A stretch of 64,000 nucleotides of DNA from Perkinsela sp. CCAP 1560/9. Its lineage: Eukaryota; Protista; Euglenozoa: Kinetoplastea. Both the position numbers and the translations under genes were made by a program. How positions within the stretch are numbered: position 1 is the first letter of the stretch; each line of letters begins with the position of its first letter. This document shows, piece by piece, positions 48,247 to 57,708 of this stretch. The notes under the pieces were generated by a model. The model was not told where the DNA came from and did not search any database. It worked only from the letters and a program-made list of their open reading frames with translations. The stretch lies in the NCBI GenBank assembly GCA_965644495.1, contig CBFFSA010000011.1:434001-498000 (forward strand), written 5' to 3'.

Positions 48247-49400
48247 TTATGAGGTCGCGTCTCGTGGTCTACCTTTCTTGGTGCGGTTCGCGGCGGTACT
48301 TAATTGTGGGCCAGGCGCGGGGCAATGCTGTGATAAGTGCCGTTCTAGTGTAGTAGCCGAGGTCTTGCGCCTTTTCTCTGAAAGAGCGCCGAAAAGAGCT
48401 GTCTTTGCCAACGTGTCACACTTATCGTTGTATGGGTTGCCGCAATGCCCCTTTACTTTAATCACGTAGAATTTGACGCCATTCTCCTCTAAGGTCTTTA
48501 TTGCACCACCTAAATCCCAATAAATGTCGCTGTTTGGAAGGCCATTGTATCCTATTAGGTAATACTTTCGCCGCGTATTGCGTATAAAATGCCATACTAT
48601 CCACGAATCCGTATGCAGTACGATTGTACCCTCAACTTTGGGTGCTCTCTGAATAGCTAGTAGTGCCGCATAAAATTCCGCTCTTTCTGGCGATGGTGTG
48701 CCAAGAATCTCCTTACAAACAGTAGAACTAGCCACTTCATGGCCACACTGAACTTCAACAATCCCAATTCCAATCTTTCCGATGTAACTAGAACTAACTG
48801 AGGCGTCGGTATAAAGGTGTAGAACGTTGTTGTCACTTGAGAAAGGTGTTGGACCTTCTTCAGCGTACTGCAGGGCTGAAAGATCATTTTCCCGCTGTGC
48901 AGCAGCTGCAATGCGGTGCCAACCGCTTGATCTACAACCAATATACATTTTAGGATTCTCTAGCCCCATTTGAAGTTTTTCAACATGTTTTTGCCAACAT
49001 TTTCTATCCTCCGCATATACCAGGGCTTCCTCGACTACTAGTCCCATATCCCCGGTGCAAGCTTCGGATGGAGAACGAATTCGACTCTTTTCTTTAACGC
49101 GCCACTGCATCAGTTCCGAATATATCTCTGAATGCCGTATTAAGTGCCCTACAAGACGAGCCCGGTTAACTTTGTGCAGTGTGGAAAAAAGTGGGGTGTC
49201 TATATATAAGGCGGATATTGGCACACTTTTCCCAGAATGATCCAGTTTCGGACACTTACAAATAATACGACGCATCTTATTTACCTGTATATCTACTATT
49301 TCAATGTGGTTTCGCTCAACACTAGTGTGCCCGAGTTGTAATTTAGGATAGGGTATACGAGGGCATCGAACAAACGAAGTTTTGTCTTGACGCTCAAGGG
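48247..49400 (-). pseudogene. LINE ORF2 C-terminal region with RNase H
   Basis: RLVGHLIR, AEDRKCW, YTDAS, ERAEFYA, HTDS, VKGHCGNPYNDKCDTLAK. Confidence 0.88.
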
Positions 49401-49681
49401 CGATACCCATATGCCCCGAAATTTTGAGAAACCTGCCCACGTAAGTCGCAACCCGAAGATCGAAGGCAAGAGGCAAGAAGATCCCAGGAAGGAAGATCTT
49501 CTGTATGCAGTTGCGCTGCGACCTGTTCACAAATTCTGTTGTTAAACTTCTCTGCATGTTCTGGGTTTGATAATTGAAACCAGTGTATTTTCGGTCTTTT
49601 GATGTTGGACGATATCTTCCATTTGAATCGAATCTCTGCTCGCACAAGAAAGTGCACTGTCGGCGTAGGAACGGCAAAAAC

Positions 49682-50750
49682 TTAATGATGTCGCAGAGCG
49701 CATGCAAAGCGTGAGCAGACTGCAATGTGATCCAACTGGCGTTTAGCATCATTAGGCAATATGCATGTCCATACTCGCTTGCTAGGGCATAAGGAGTGTC
49801 CTGATTTGCAATCTATCCCTTCCAAAAGCCCCTTCAACCTTTCAACAGCAAGTTCGTCTTCTTCTGTCGTTTTGCTGAAAGTGAGAGGTGCATTTAAGTC
49901 CCCAAGTAGAAGTGCGGGTCTTCGAGGGGCTTTGCCTACTGCTTCGTGAAACGCTTTTGTCAAAGAAATATCAAACTCTTGTTTGGCCTCCTCTGGGGAG
50001 TCACGCGTCGGCCCATATGCGTTGAGCATAAAGGCTGACCCTCCTTCGATGTTGAACTCGCCGGCCATTATCCTATCATTTACTTTCCACGCCTTTATTG
50101 GCTCTTGCGTGATGAACCCCATACCGTTATACCCGTTCACTGCAGACATAAGGTAGATGAAAAAGATTTTATTCCCGTGTCGAAGCTGGCGCTTTAAAAT
50201 ATCAAATCCTTCGCCAGAAATAAAAGTAAACCTTGTCTCCTGGAGATCCAGTATATGCAAGTTGGTTTGTGCCATGTATCGCACAATCTCGTGCAATCGA
50301 GCAGAAGCTTTCAGTTTGAAAACGTCGTCACCTTCAAGTTTCAATGATGTCGTATTAAGAGTGCCTACAGCCAGACACTTCTTCACAGCAGACCCTTTCG
50401 GGTCGTCGTCGCGTAGGGCATGCTTGCCACACAGTACCCTAGTTTTCCGTGCTTTTCTACGGTTGTTCGAACGCCCAGGTTTTCGAATGCGTGCTCCGCA
50501 TAACACGATTCGCGAATCATACGGCGGAAAGGGAAGCGTTCCCGATCGCTGGTGGTACTTTACCCGCCAGCGACCTAGCTGAAAGAGGAAACCAGGTCCT
50601 CGTTGAGTTACAGTGCCCTTCCAAATCCGAAACTCCGCACTGCTCGCGTATCTCCAGCAGAGTGCGATGTTGTAACCTGGGCGAAGAATTTTACTAATGC
50701 TCATCACTGCACGGGAGCGAAGTTTAGCATGCCCGTCTGACCCCAACATC
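49682..50750 (-). pseudogene. LINE AP endonuclease domain
   Basis: VGTLN, LQETR, NAYGPT, LLGDLNA, QLDHI; frameshifted afterwards. Confidence 0.88.
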
Positions 50751-50855
50751 GGGTCAAACAGAGCACCCCGACCTAACGCGGACCTAACCAGAAGGTTAAT
50801 AATTCCTACAGTAGCTGTGCAGGCCCGGACGCCTCCGCCATATTTTTGAAAATGT

Positions 50856-51467
50856 TCAAAAAAACAAAGGTCTTCAAAAAAACAAAGGTCTTCAAAAAAC
50901 AAAGGTCTTCAAAAAAACAAAGGTCTTCAAAAAAACAAAGGTCTTCAAAAAAACAAAGGTCTTCAAAAAAACAAAGGTCTTCAAAAAAACAAAGGTCTTC
51001 AAAAAAACAAAGGTCTTCAAAAAAACAAAGGTCTTCAAAAAAACAAAGGTCTTCAAAAAAACAAAGGTCTTCAAAAAAACAAAGGTCTTCAAAAAAATAA
51101 AGGTCTTCAAAAAAATAAAGGTCTTCAAAAAAACAAAGGTCTTCAAAAAAACAAAGGTCTTCAAAAAAGCAAAGGTCTTACAAAAAAACAAAGGTCTTCA
51201 AAAAAACAAAGGTCTTCAAAAAAACAAAGGTTTTCAATGATCTTCCAGAAAAACTCTTCCTTCTAAATGCGGAAGCCAACCATTTTCATGGTACGCTATG
51301 TTTATTGAATCTCCCGCCTTTGTTAGCAGAACTCACTTTGAATAATAACATATTTAAAGGTCCTTTAAATCTTAGCAGTCTACCGCTCACTCTTACGTCT
51401 TTAAATTTGAACGGCAACCTCCTCAATGGTATAACAAAGGTCTTCAAAAAAACAAAGGTCTTCAAAA
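50856..51467. repeat. 18-bp tandem array (TTCAAAAAAACAAAGGTC), about 21 + 2 units, split by an LRR fragment
   Basis: Read directly from the sequence. Confidence 0.95.
51236..51430 (+). pseudogene. LRR gene fragment (about 3 repeats) embedded in the 18-bp array
   Basis: NDLPEKLFLLNAEANHFHGTLCLLNLPPLLAELTLNNNIFKGPLNLSSLPLTLTSLNLNGNLLNG. Confidence 0.88.
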
Positions 51468-52398
51468 ACCCAATGTTTTCGATGGTTTACGGCCCCATGG
51501 CGCCATTCCCGATTTAGACACTTGCTGGCACCAGCGCAGTCCGTATATATTTGGCAACGGGAGTTCTTGGCAAGATGGCACACATGAGCGGTCATAGTGG
51601 CAGCATCTGTGCTTTCCAGGTACTTTACAAATATCTCTTTCATGGGATAGTGTATGCGACCTTCTTCATCTGGTATCTCATCGCAGTGTACCAAAGTATG
51701 GTACCAAGAGGAACCATCGCGTCGGACTCTTTTCCCTCGACCGCACCCCATTCGCTTGATCCGGGAAACGCACGTTTCGTCCTTTTGCATGAAAAGAACT
51801 GTGCCCTGTGAAGCGTCGAAGCGCATGTCGTGCGCAGTGCTAACAATGTATTCGAAGAATTGAAACAATTCGACAATTGTAAACTTGCCAAGAGTGCATT
51901 CGCGGGAAACTTGTTGAATGGACATACCCTCGATGAGACCGTACAACACGATGAGTGTGTCCTTAATACTTCGTTTGCTTTTTAAATTGAATAAGGGTTC
52001 CATCGCACTGTAACGTGCTCTACACTCTGTAGTTTCCACGTAAGGACAATACCAATGGGAACCATCATGTACACACATGATTTCCTTGGTGTCATGATAC
52101 TTGACTTTGAGGCACCACACCTGCTGGGCAACAAGTTTGTGATTCTTGAACCAACGTGATAAAAGTTCTTCAGTGCTGTCCGCAAAACTGGAGAAAGAGA
52201 TGCTCTTTATACATTCGAACTTCTCACACCCCTCGCAAAACTAATTCACTGTATTTTGTGACATGATTAGACGGCTATGCAAGATTCCTATACTTATGCA
52301 ATATTCCTATACTTCCACCGATGACTACAACGCCAAAATTCGTTTCGATGAGTACTCATCCAAACTACAACACCAGTGTCCATAATACAGTACGCAAA

Positions 52399-52471
52399 AG
52401 CCACATCCGAGGATCGAACTCGGGACCTCCGTCTTACTAGGACGGCGCTCTAACCACTGGGCTAATGCGGC
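52399..52471 (-). tRNA. tRNA-Thr(AGT)
   Basis: Cloverleaf; anticodon arm CCGTC-CTAGTAA-GACGG; T-run downstream. Confidence 0.93.
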
Positions 52472-52546
52472 ACTTTAAATGTGGACTGTCAACTTGGTGT
52501 GGAAGAATTCCTCCTTAAGAGAGATAGGTAGCGCACAATATTTGCA

Positions 52547-52618
52547 GGGGGCTTAGCTCAGAGGTAGAGCACCGGATTCCAAATCCGATGGTCGCAGGTT
52601 CAATCCCTGCAGTCCTCA
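52547..52618 (+). tRNA. tRNA-Trp(CCA)
   Basis: Acceptor GGGGGCT/AGTCCTC; anticodon arm CCGGA-TTCCAAA-TCCGA. Confidence 0.93.
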
Positions 52619-52672
52619 TTTCCGACTTTTCATATCAAACGAGTTTATAGGTTACGTGCATAGACAGGAAGT

Positions 52673-52753
52673 GCGCTCATACCCAAGTGGTTAAGGGGCC
52701 TGACTAGAAATCAGGTGTGTTCTCACGCGTAGGTTCGAATCCTGCTGAGCGCG
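52673..52753 (+). tRNA. tRNA-Ser(AGA)
   Basis: CCTGA-CTAGAAA-TCAGG, long variable arm, GGTTCGAATCC. Confidence 0.94.
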
Positions 52754-52810
52754 TTTTCGCTGCGTTAGCGATTTTACCACGTTGCATCTCCGTTTACGCT
52801 CGGCACCCGC

Positions 52811-52883
52811 GGGGGTGTAGCTCACATGGTAGAGCGTGCGCTTAGCATGCGCGAGGCACTGGGATCGATACCCAGCATCTCCA
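52811..52883 (+). tRNA. tRNA-Ala(AGC)
   Basis: G3:U70; TGCGC-TTAGCAT-GCGCG. Confidence 0.92.
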
Positions 52884-52939
52884 TTTCGCTTCCACAACAA
52901 ATTTGAGTCCTCATCAGTGATTGTCTATCGAGGATAATC

Positions 52940-53012
52940 GGGCGTGTAGCTCAGTTGGCAGAGCGCTCGATTCGCATTCGAGAGGCCTAGGGTTCGATTC
53001 CCTACCCGTCCA
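52940..53012 (+). tRNA. tRNA-Ala(CGC)
   Basis: G3:U70; CTCGA-TTCGCAT-TCGAG; T5 terminator. Confidence 0.92.
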
Positions 53013-53554
53013 TTTTTAGCTTTCCTGGCTCTCGCGTTAAAAGCGGTGGGTACTTCCACCGGAGTCTGTGCAACGGCACTAGCACTATTACCTGTCATGA
53101 ATTCATCTTATCTTCTTGTCTTACAGTAACTCCAAAAAGTGTTCAAATGTTTCGACATTCTTTAATGTTTTATTTTTTTAGCAAAGAGAATCAAAGGATA
53201 ATGCTGTAGTAGGTGGAAGTAACGGACTTTTGCAGAAGTCCTTTTTTGACCACCAACCTCTTGTTACTGTACCCCTCCCCTACTTATACCGTTACCCCTC
53301 CTAGTTATCCAAGTACGCTACTTATCCAAAAAATCGGGTAATTTTTGGAAAACTTATCCAACTTTTTGACACGAAGTCATAAGTCCTTGACTTATGCATA
53401 AGTCAAGGACTTTTGTACAAGTACTTGACTTCCATCCAATTTATGTATACTTCTATCTTCCATTTCTCTTTTGAATTGTCCTGATTATTTATTCTATGAA
53501 CAATAGTGAGTTTTTAAGACTCCTTCGTTTTATGAATAATATTTCTTACTAGTA

Positions 53555-53983
53555 ATGCACAATCGTCACCCAAGTTCTTTATCCCTTGAAGATTTAGTTC
53601 GCTCCGGCGAATTGATCCAACTTCAGAGCGGGAGATACTTTTTATGCGACCGACATCAGGATGCGTTGACTACCTTTACCCCTCCACTATCAGATTCTTT
53701 CATCTCCTCAGAGCTTCATCTTTATGTTTGCTCTTCTTCGGTACCACCTGATACTCCTATCGAGGGTGATTTAACATTCGTCGTTTCACCTGTGGTTCTC
53801 TGGAGTATTCTCAAGCTGTACAAGAATAAACATAGACCAAATACCGTGAGTAAAATAAAGGAAGTGTGCGATCGATACTTGAAGTCTCCTGCTTGTCTGA
53901 AGGAATGTTATAAACTGCACCGTACTTTTAAAAAATGAATGGAAATGGTTATTCTGTACGGAGGAAAGAAGATCCCTTACTGA
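53555..53983 (+). pseudogene. Internally deleted Tc1-like transposase remnant
   Basis: C-terminus NKHRPNTVSKIKEVCDRYL...KLH.TFKK*..GGKKIPY aligns with the end of 55719-56732. Confidence 0.7.
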
Positions 53984-54395
53984 AATACTACAGTGAATAT
54001 TTCATCCACTTTAGTATTCGATAGAAATTATGCAACTTTCTGCAAGTTTTAGTTCAGAGGAACATGTTTAAGTATTTGCATCTCTTTGAAAACCACGTCT
54101 GCCTTGGACAAAATTCTCAAAAAAAAAAAAATCTTTTCGATGTCCTTCTTTCAGAGATGACACGTCTTTTGACAAGACACGAGCATTGATGATGAAATCT
54201 CCCACACCTAAACCAAAGAGGAGGCTCTCACACTCTCCCAGGATGGCCTGCAGACTCCTCGGATCTTCCTTTCCTATCAAACCGAGTTATTTTACTTGAA
54301 GATTTGAAAAGTTTCACAGGATTTTTTTCACTGCCCAGATGAGCAAATTCTCAGATTTTTGCCCTTCCTCCCATGTTTATCGCATGCTGTTTGAC

Positions 54396-55262
54396 GGCCA
54401 AAGTAAAGGGATATTGCATAAGTCAAGGAATATTGCATAAGTCAAGGAATATTGCATAAATCAAGGAATATTGCATAAGTCAAGAAGCACTTCTGTCCTG
54501 CTCCCGGTGAGGCCCCGGAGTTGCGAGAGGCCTCCATATCCCACAACTACCACCTCCCCCCCCCCTATTGAGAAGGTGTACTGTATCTTATAAAGATACA
54601 GTTTCTGTACCTTGTTGGTACATTTTGCTAGCCCTTCCTTTCTTTTCCCGGAAACGGGCATACATTTTCCTTTTAAATGCCAGTTTCCGGCTGACGGCTA
54701 GCAGGGACTGTCCCTCTTGTCGTGGAAGTAGGGGACGTACCTCCGACTTTTCACCCCTCCCCGGCTCACTCCTTGAGTGAGTTTTCTTCCCTCCCCGGCT
54801 TTCTTCTTGTCGCGCCTGTCTCTTCCCGGGAGCTATGCGCCATGGTGGCCTCCCTTGAGGACCACTGGGCGTGACTCTGCCTCGCATTATCGCGAGGCAG
54901 CGGTCGGTTGCAGTGCGCCCCTCCGGCTGCGTAAAGAGGTGGTGAGTTGCCTGGACCACCTCTACCGACTGGGACCGAGTCGGTTGCAGTACGCCCCTCC
55001 GGCTGCGTAAAGAGAGGGCGAGTTGCCTGGACCCCCTCTACCGACCGAGTCCGTGTCGAACCCCCTTTGGCGACATCCGTTGTGGGCAGATTATGTGCCG
55101 ATGATATCGGCCGTCGCATTAAGGGGATTATCTCTGCGCCAAAGAGCGCATGATAAACAACGGGGGTCGCGCGAGCGATCCCTGATAAATGGGGTGAAGG
55201 TGGTAGTTGTTTTGGGGAATATGAGAGGCCGAACGCACGGAGGGGCCGGCCGGGCCACTGAG
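54396..55262. mobile_element. Merlin-type left end (TIR, 19-bp repeats, palindromic unit) with a ~590-bp insert
   Basis: GGCCAAAGTAAAGGGGATATTGCATAAGTCAAGG...; the palindromic unit is interrupted at about 54570-55160. Confidence 0.75.
54579..54674 (+). ncRNA. Spliced-leader (SL) RNA-like gene or pseudogene
   Basis: 39-nt exon-like TACTGTATCTTATAAAGATACAGTTTCTGTACCTTGTTG followed by a GTAC donor, a CCCG-GAAA-CGGG hairpin and a T-rich tract. The core GATACAGTTTCTGTAC....TTG|GTA matches kinetoplastid SL as recalled. Confidence 0.65.
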
Positions 55263-55718
55263 GTAGGACAGTCCTAGGACCTCCTATGTTACTTCTAGCA
55301 TGTCAACACGTACAACCGTTATATGAGAAATACTTTTACAAGATAGGGGAATGTAATATCTTGCAAATACTAGTGTACAGTGTCGTTCCAGCCATATTGC
55401 AACAAACATTTCGCTCTTAGGAAAGGTCCTCAGGTGAAATAAGTGGTGGAAACGCATCATTTAGGGTCAGGACTTTAGTGCAAAATTAGTTTGTTGAAAC
55501 AGTTTTAGGATTTTTCAATTTGCTTTTGAGTCAAAATGTTGGGCGGGAAGTAATTTTAGAACCCAATTTTTGTCGAAAATCTCCTGTAAAAAATTTACGA
55601 ACGACACTACATAATTGCCCACTAAGGCACAACGCATTTGAAAAACGATTGATGAGTTGACAGAAAGATCTATCGTATTTTTTCCACCCCAAATTTTCAA
55701 ATTTTCATCAACAAGCGT

Positions 55719-56732
55719 CTAGTAAGGAATTTTTTTACCTTCTTTCCGAATGCAGAGCTCTAACCTTTTTTTGAATGATGCATGAAGTTTCTGACAATAA
55801 CCTACGCATGATTCCGACTCCAAATACTCTTCACATACCGCTTTAATTTGAGAAACGGTTGATGGATTTCTCTTATTCTTTTCGATTTTCATTTTTCTCC
55901 ACAAATTCTCTATTGGATTTAGGTCGGGAGAATCCGCTGGCCATTTTGGAAGTACTTTTTTCTCATCGAACGAAGAGTGATATTGTCGGAGAGGCGCCTC
56001 AGCACTTTCTGAGCCTACGTACGTCGCCCACCATTCAGTTGTTCGTTTTGCAGTATGGGGAGGTGCACCGTCATCAACAAGTATTGCTGATGGCTGTGAA
56101 CGAGAATAAGGTACCCAATTTGCCTCGAGGATTTGCTTTCTGTAATATACTGACCCAAATTGCTTATTTTGACGTGGCATTTCACCAATTTCGTTAAACA
56201 CCGTACGACGGATATTTTCATCAGCGTAGAACCGACGGAAGTCATCACACCAATGATAAATTACCCGGCCTTCAACGTCAATAGCCCCCCATAGCATAAC
56301 CTTTGTTGGATGATGGGAACAGCCTTTTGGAACTCTATCTTCAGGACTCTGCCAAGCCCCGCGAGATAGGTCACCAGCGTGAACATTCACCTCATCCGTG
56401 AAAACTAGATGACTGAAAAATGTGTCATTGGACATGTTATTTTCTTTTAGCATGGCATGACAAAAGTCCACACGAGCCTTGCGCTTAGCCTCCGTTAAAT
56501 GAAGTGTGTGTTCCTTAGAGCGGAAACGATATCCATGATAGTAAAGTAGAGCTCTCATTCTTCGTCTAGGAACTAACAAAGGCACTGTGCTGAGTTCCAT
56601 CATGGTACAACGAAGATTGGTAAGAGTTCTTTGAGTTGAGGTAACAGCCAAAACTTTGGGTAGTAAGTCTTTGGCATTCTGATACCCTGACCAACTCTGC
56701 AAAGTGTTTCGTGTCGATGAAAGCTGATTCAT
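55719..56732 (-). CDS. Tc1/IS630-like transposase, DD53E
   Basis: VFTDE, KVMLWGAI, VDDGAPPH, WPADSPDLNPIENLW. Confidence 0.9.
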   Translation of the reverse strand: MNQLSSTRNTLQSWSGYQNAKDLLPKVLAVTSTQRTLTNLRCTMMELSTVPLLVPRRRMRALLYYHGYRFRSKEHTLHLTEAKRKARVDFCHAMLKENNMSNDTFFSHLVFTDEVNVHAGDLSRGAWQSPEDRVPKGCSHHPTKVMLWGAIDVEGRVIYHWCDDFRRFYADENIRRTVFNEIGEMPRQNKQFGSVYYRKQILEANWVPYSRSQPSAILVDDGAPPHTAKRTTEWWATYVGSESAEAPLRQYHSSFDEKKVLPKWPADSPDLNPIENLWRKMKIEKNKRNPSTVSQIKAVCEEYLESESCVGYCQKLHASFKKRLELCIRKEGKKIPY

Positions 56733-57562
56733 TCGCTCGCTTCTCCTCCCCCTTCATTTCCCCTGAATAAAAAGTTCTCCTCCCGTAGACGAGCTATAGA
56801 AAGTATCAATCTGGTCTCGTTCTTTTTTAGAATTTCGCACTGTTCTTTATAATATTCACAGAGCTCGTTATATTTATTTAATTCTCCTTTTAAAAGAGTC
56901 AGTTCTATTGTCAGCTCACGCTCGCGCTTACTCGCATCACTCAAAAGCGTACTTTTCTCGTCTACTTTGCTCTTTAACCTTTTTACCTGAGCTTTGAGGT
57001 TCTGCTGCTTTCGCCGAAGTGTTTGGATGCTTGTATTTTTTAAAGAGAGGTTACTTTCCAGGCTGTCAATCTCACGCTCATAATGCTCGATTCCGGGCAA
57101 GGGGTTAGAGAGCTCAATGGGCTCAACACTAATAATTTCCTCCAAAACCGTCTCGTTTTTGGTTTCTGCGATAATCTCGTCAGTGACTTCGTATTCTGTG
57201 GCCGTTCCCTCTAACAGATCCATAAGCTGTCCTTCGTAGATAACAGGGTGCACCTTGAGACCAGAAGCGGAATCAGACGTGGAACGAGGCGGTGATGGAG
57301 GATTTTGACCGGCCTGAGCAGTTTCTTGGGACCAGCCGGTAATGAGAGATGATACATCTTCATTGGTGTCACTTTGGTCGGTGCTATAACCGGACGAGTA
57401 AGAAACTTCATCGTCCGGGTCCCAATCAGAATCATCACCCTCTGAGCCCGTGGTGATGTCTGAAGTAGCAAATGTTCCTTCAGTTTCGCTTGAGCAAGAA
57501 TGTTCCGATGATCCCCTAGTCGAGAAATCCGACTCACTATCCAGCTTAAAGCTAATACTCAT
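56729..57562 (-). CDS. Acidic/Ser-rich coiled-coil protein, possibly the frameshifted N-terminus of the transposase
   Basis: 277-aa ORF overlapping the next by ATGA; heptad-like C-terminal half. Confidence 0.55.
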   Translation of the reverse strand: MSISFKLDSESDFSTRGSSEHSCSSETEGTFATSDITTGSEGDDSDWDPDDEVSYSSGYSTDQSDTNEDVSSLITGWSQETAQAGQNPPSPPRSTSDSASGLKVHPVIYEGQLMDLLEGTATEYEVTDEIIAETKNETVLEEIISVEPIELSNPLPGIEHYEREIDSLESNLSLKNTSIQTLRRKQQNLKAQVKRLKSKVDEKSTLLSDASKRERELTIELTLLKGELNKYNELCEYYKEQCEILKKNETRLILSIARLREENFLFRGNEGGGEASE

Positions 57563-57708
57563 GGAGGTGGAAGGTTGGCTAAAAAGAAAAAAATCTACAA
57601 AAAAATGTGATTAAAGCAGCAAAGCAGAGCTAAATTACATATTATTAATGGAATAAGCACGTGATGCGCAAAAACCAAAAGCTTTGCGTAATTTTGCACT
57701 ATACCTTA

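Larger units (their letters stand above)
37574..49609 (+). repeat. Second copy of a 12,036-bp direct tandem duplication (first copy 25538-37573)
   Basis: Internal ORFs recur with offset 12036 and identical translation; junction GGA-CG-CGAG with 2-nt microhomology. Confidence 0.97.
48020..51467 (-). mobile_element. Non-LTR retrotransposon derivative with AP endonuclease and RNase H but no RT
   Basis: 7-bp TSD ACCCAAT (48013-48019, 51468-51474); 3' (GAGT)n tail; 5' 18-bp array. Confidence 0.85.
47753..52120 (-). pseudogene. Merlin (IS1016/IS1595-like) transposase split by a LINE insertion
   Basis: N-part 51468-52120: QKDET, RGKR, IYTD, HGAVNHRKHWV. C-part 47753-48012: TVSGIHTNTVE. The parts join in frame across TSD ACCCAAT; there is one later frameshift. 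Confidence 0.85.
24492..52319. mobile_element. Merlin-ended composite element, 27.8 kb (15.8 kb without the tandem duplication)
   Basis: Ends are GGTCAAAGTACAGGAATATTGCATAAG and CTTATGCAATATTCCTATACTTCCACC (imperfect TIR). GATGACTAC flanks both ends (24483-24491, 52320-52328). A Merlin transposase lies next to the right end. Confidence 0.8.

Noticed and set aside
50856-51467. CRISPR array
   Set aside because: Units are head-to-tail without spacers (one insert only); no cas genes; eukaryotic context.
52320-52383. Host gene disrupted by the Merlin composite (~77-aa ORF joining 52383-52320 to 24482-24316)
   Set aside because: The frame rejoins, but the ORF is short, motif-free and abuts a tRNA; not supportable.
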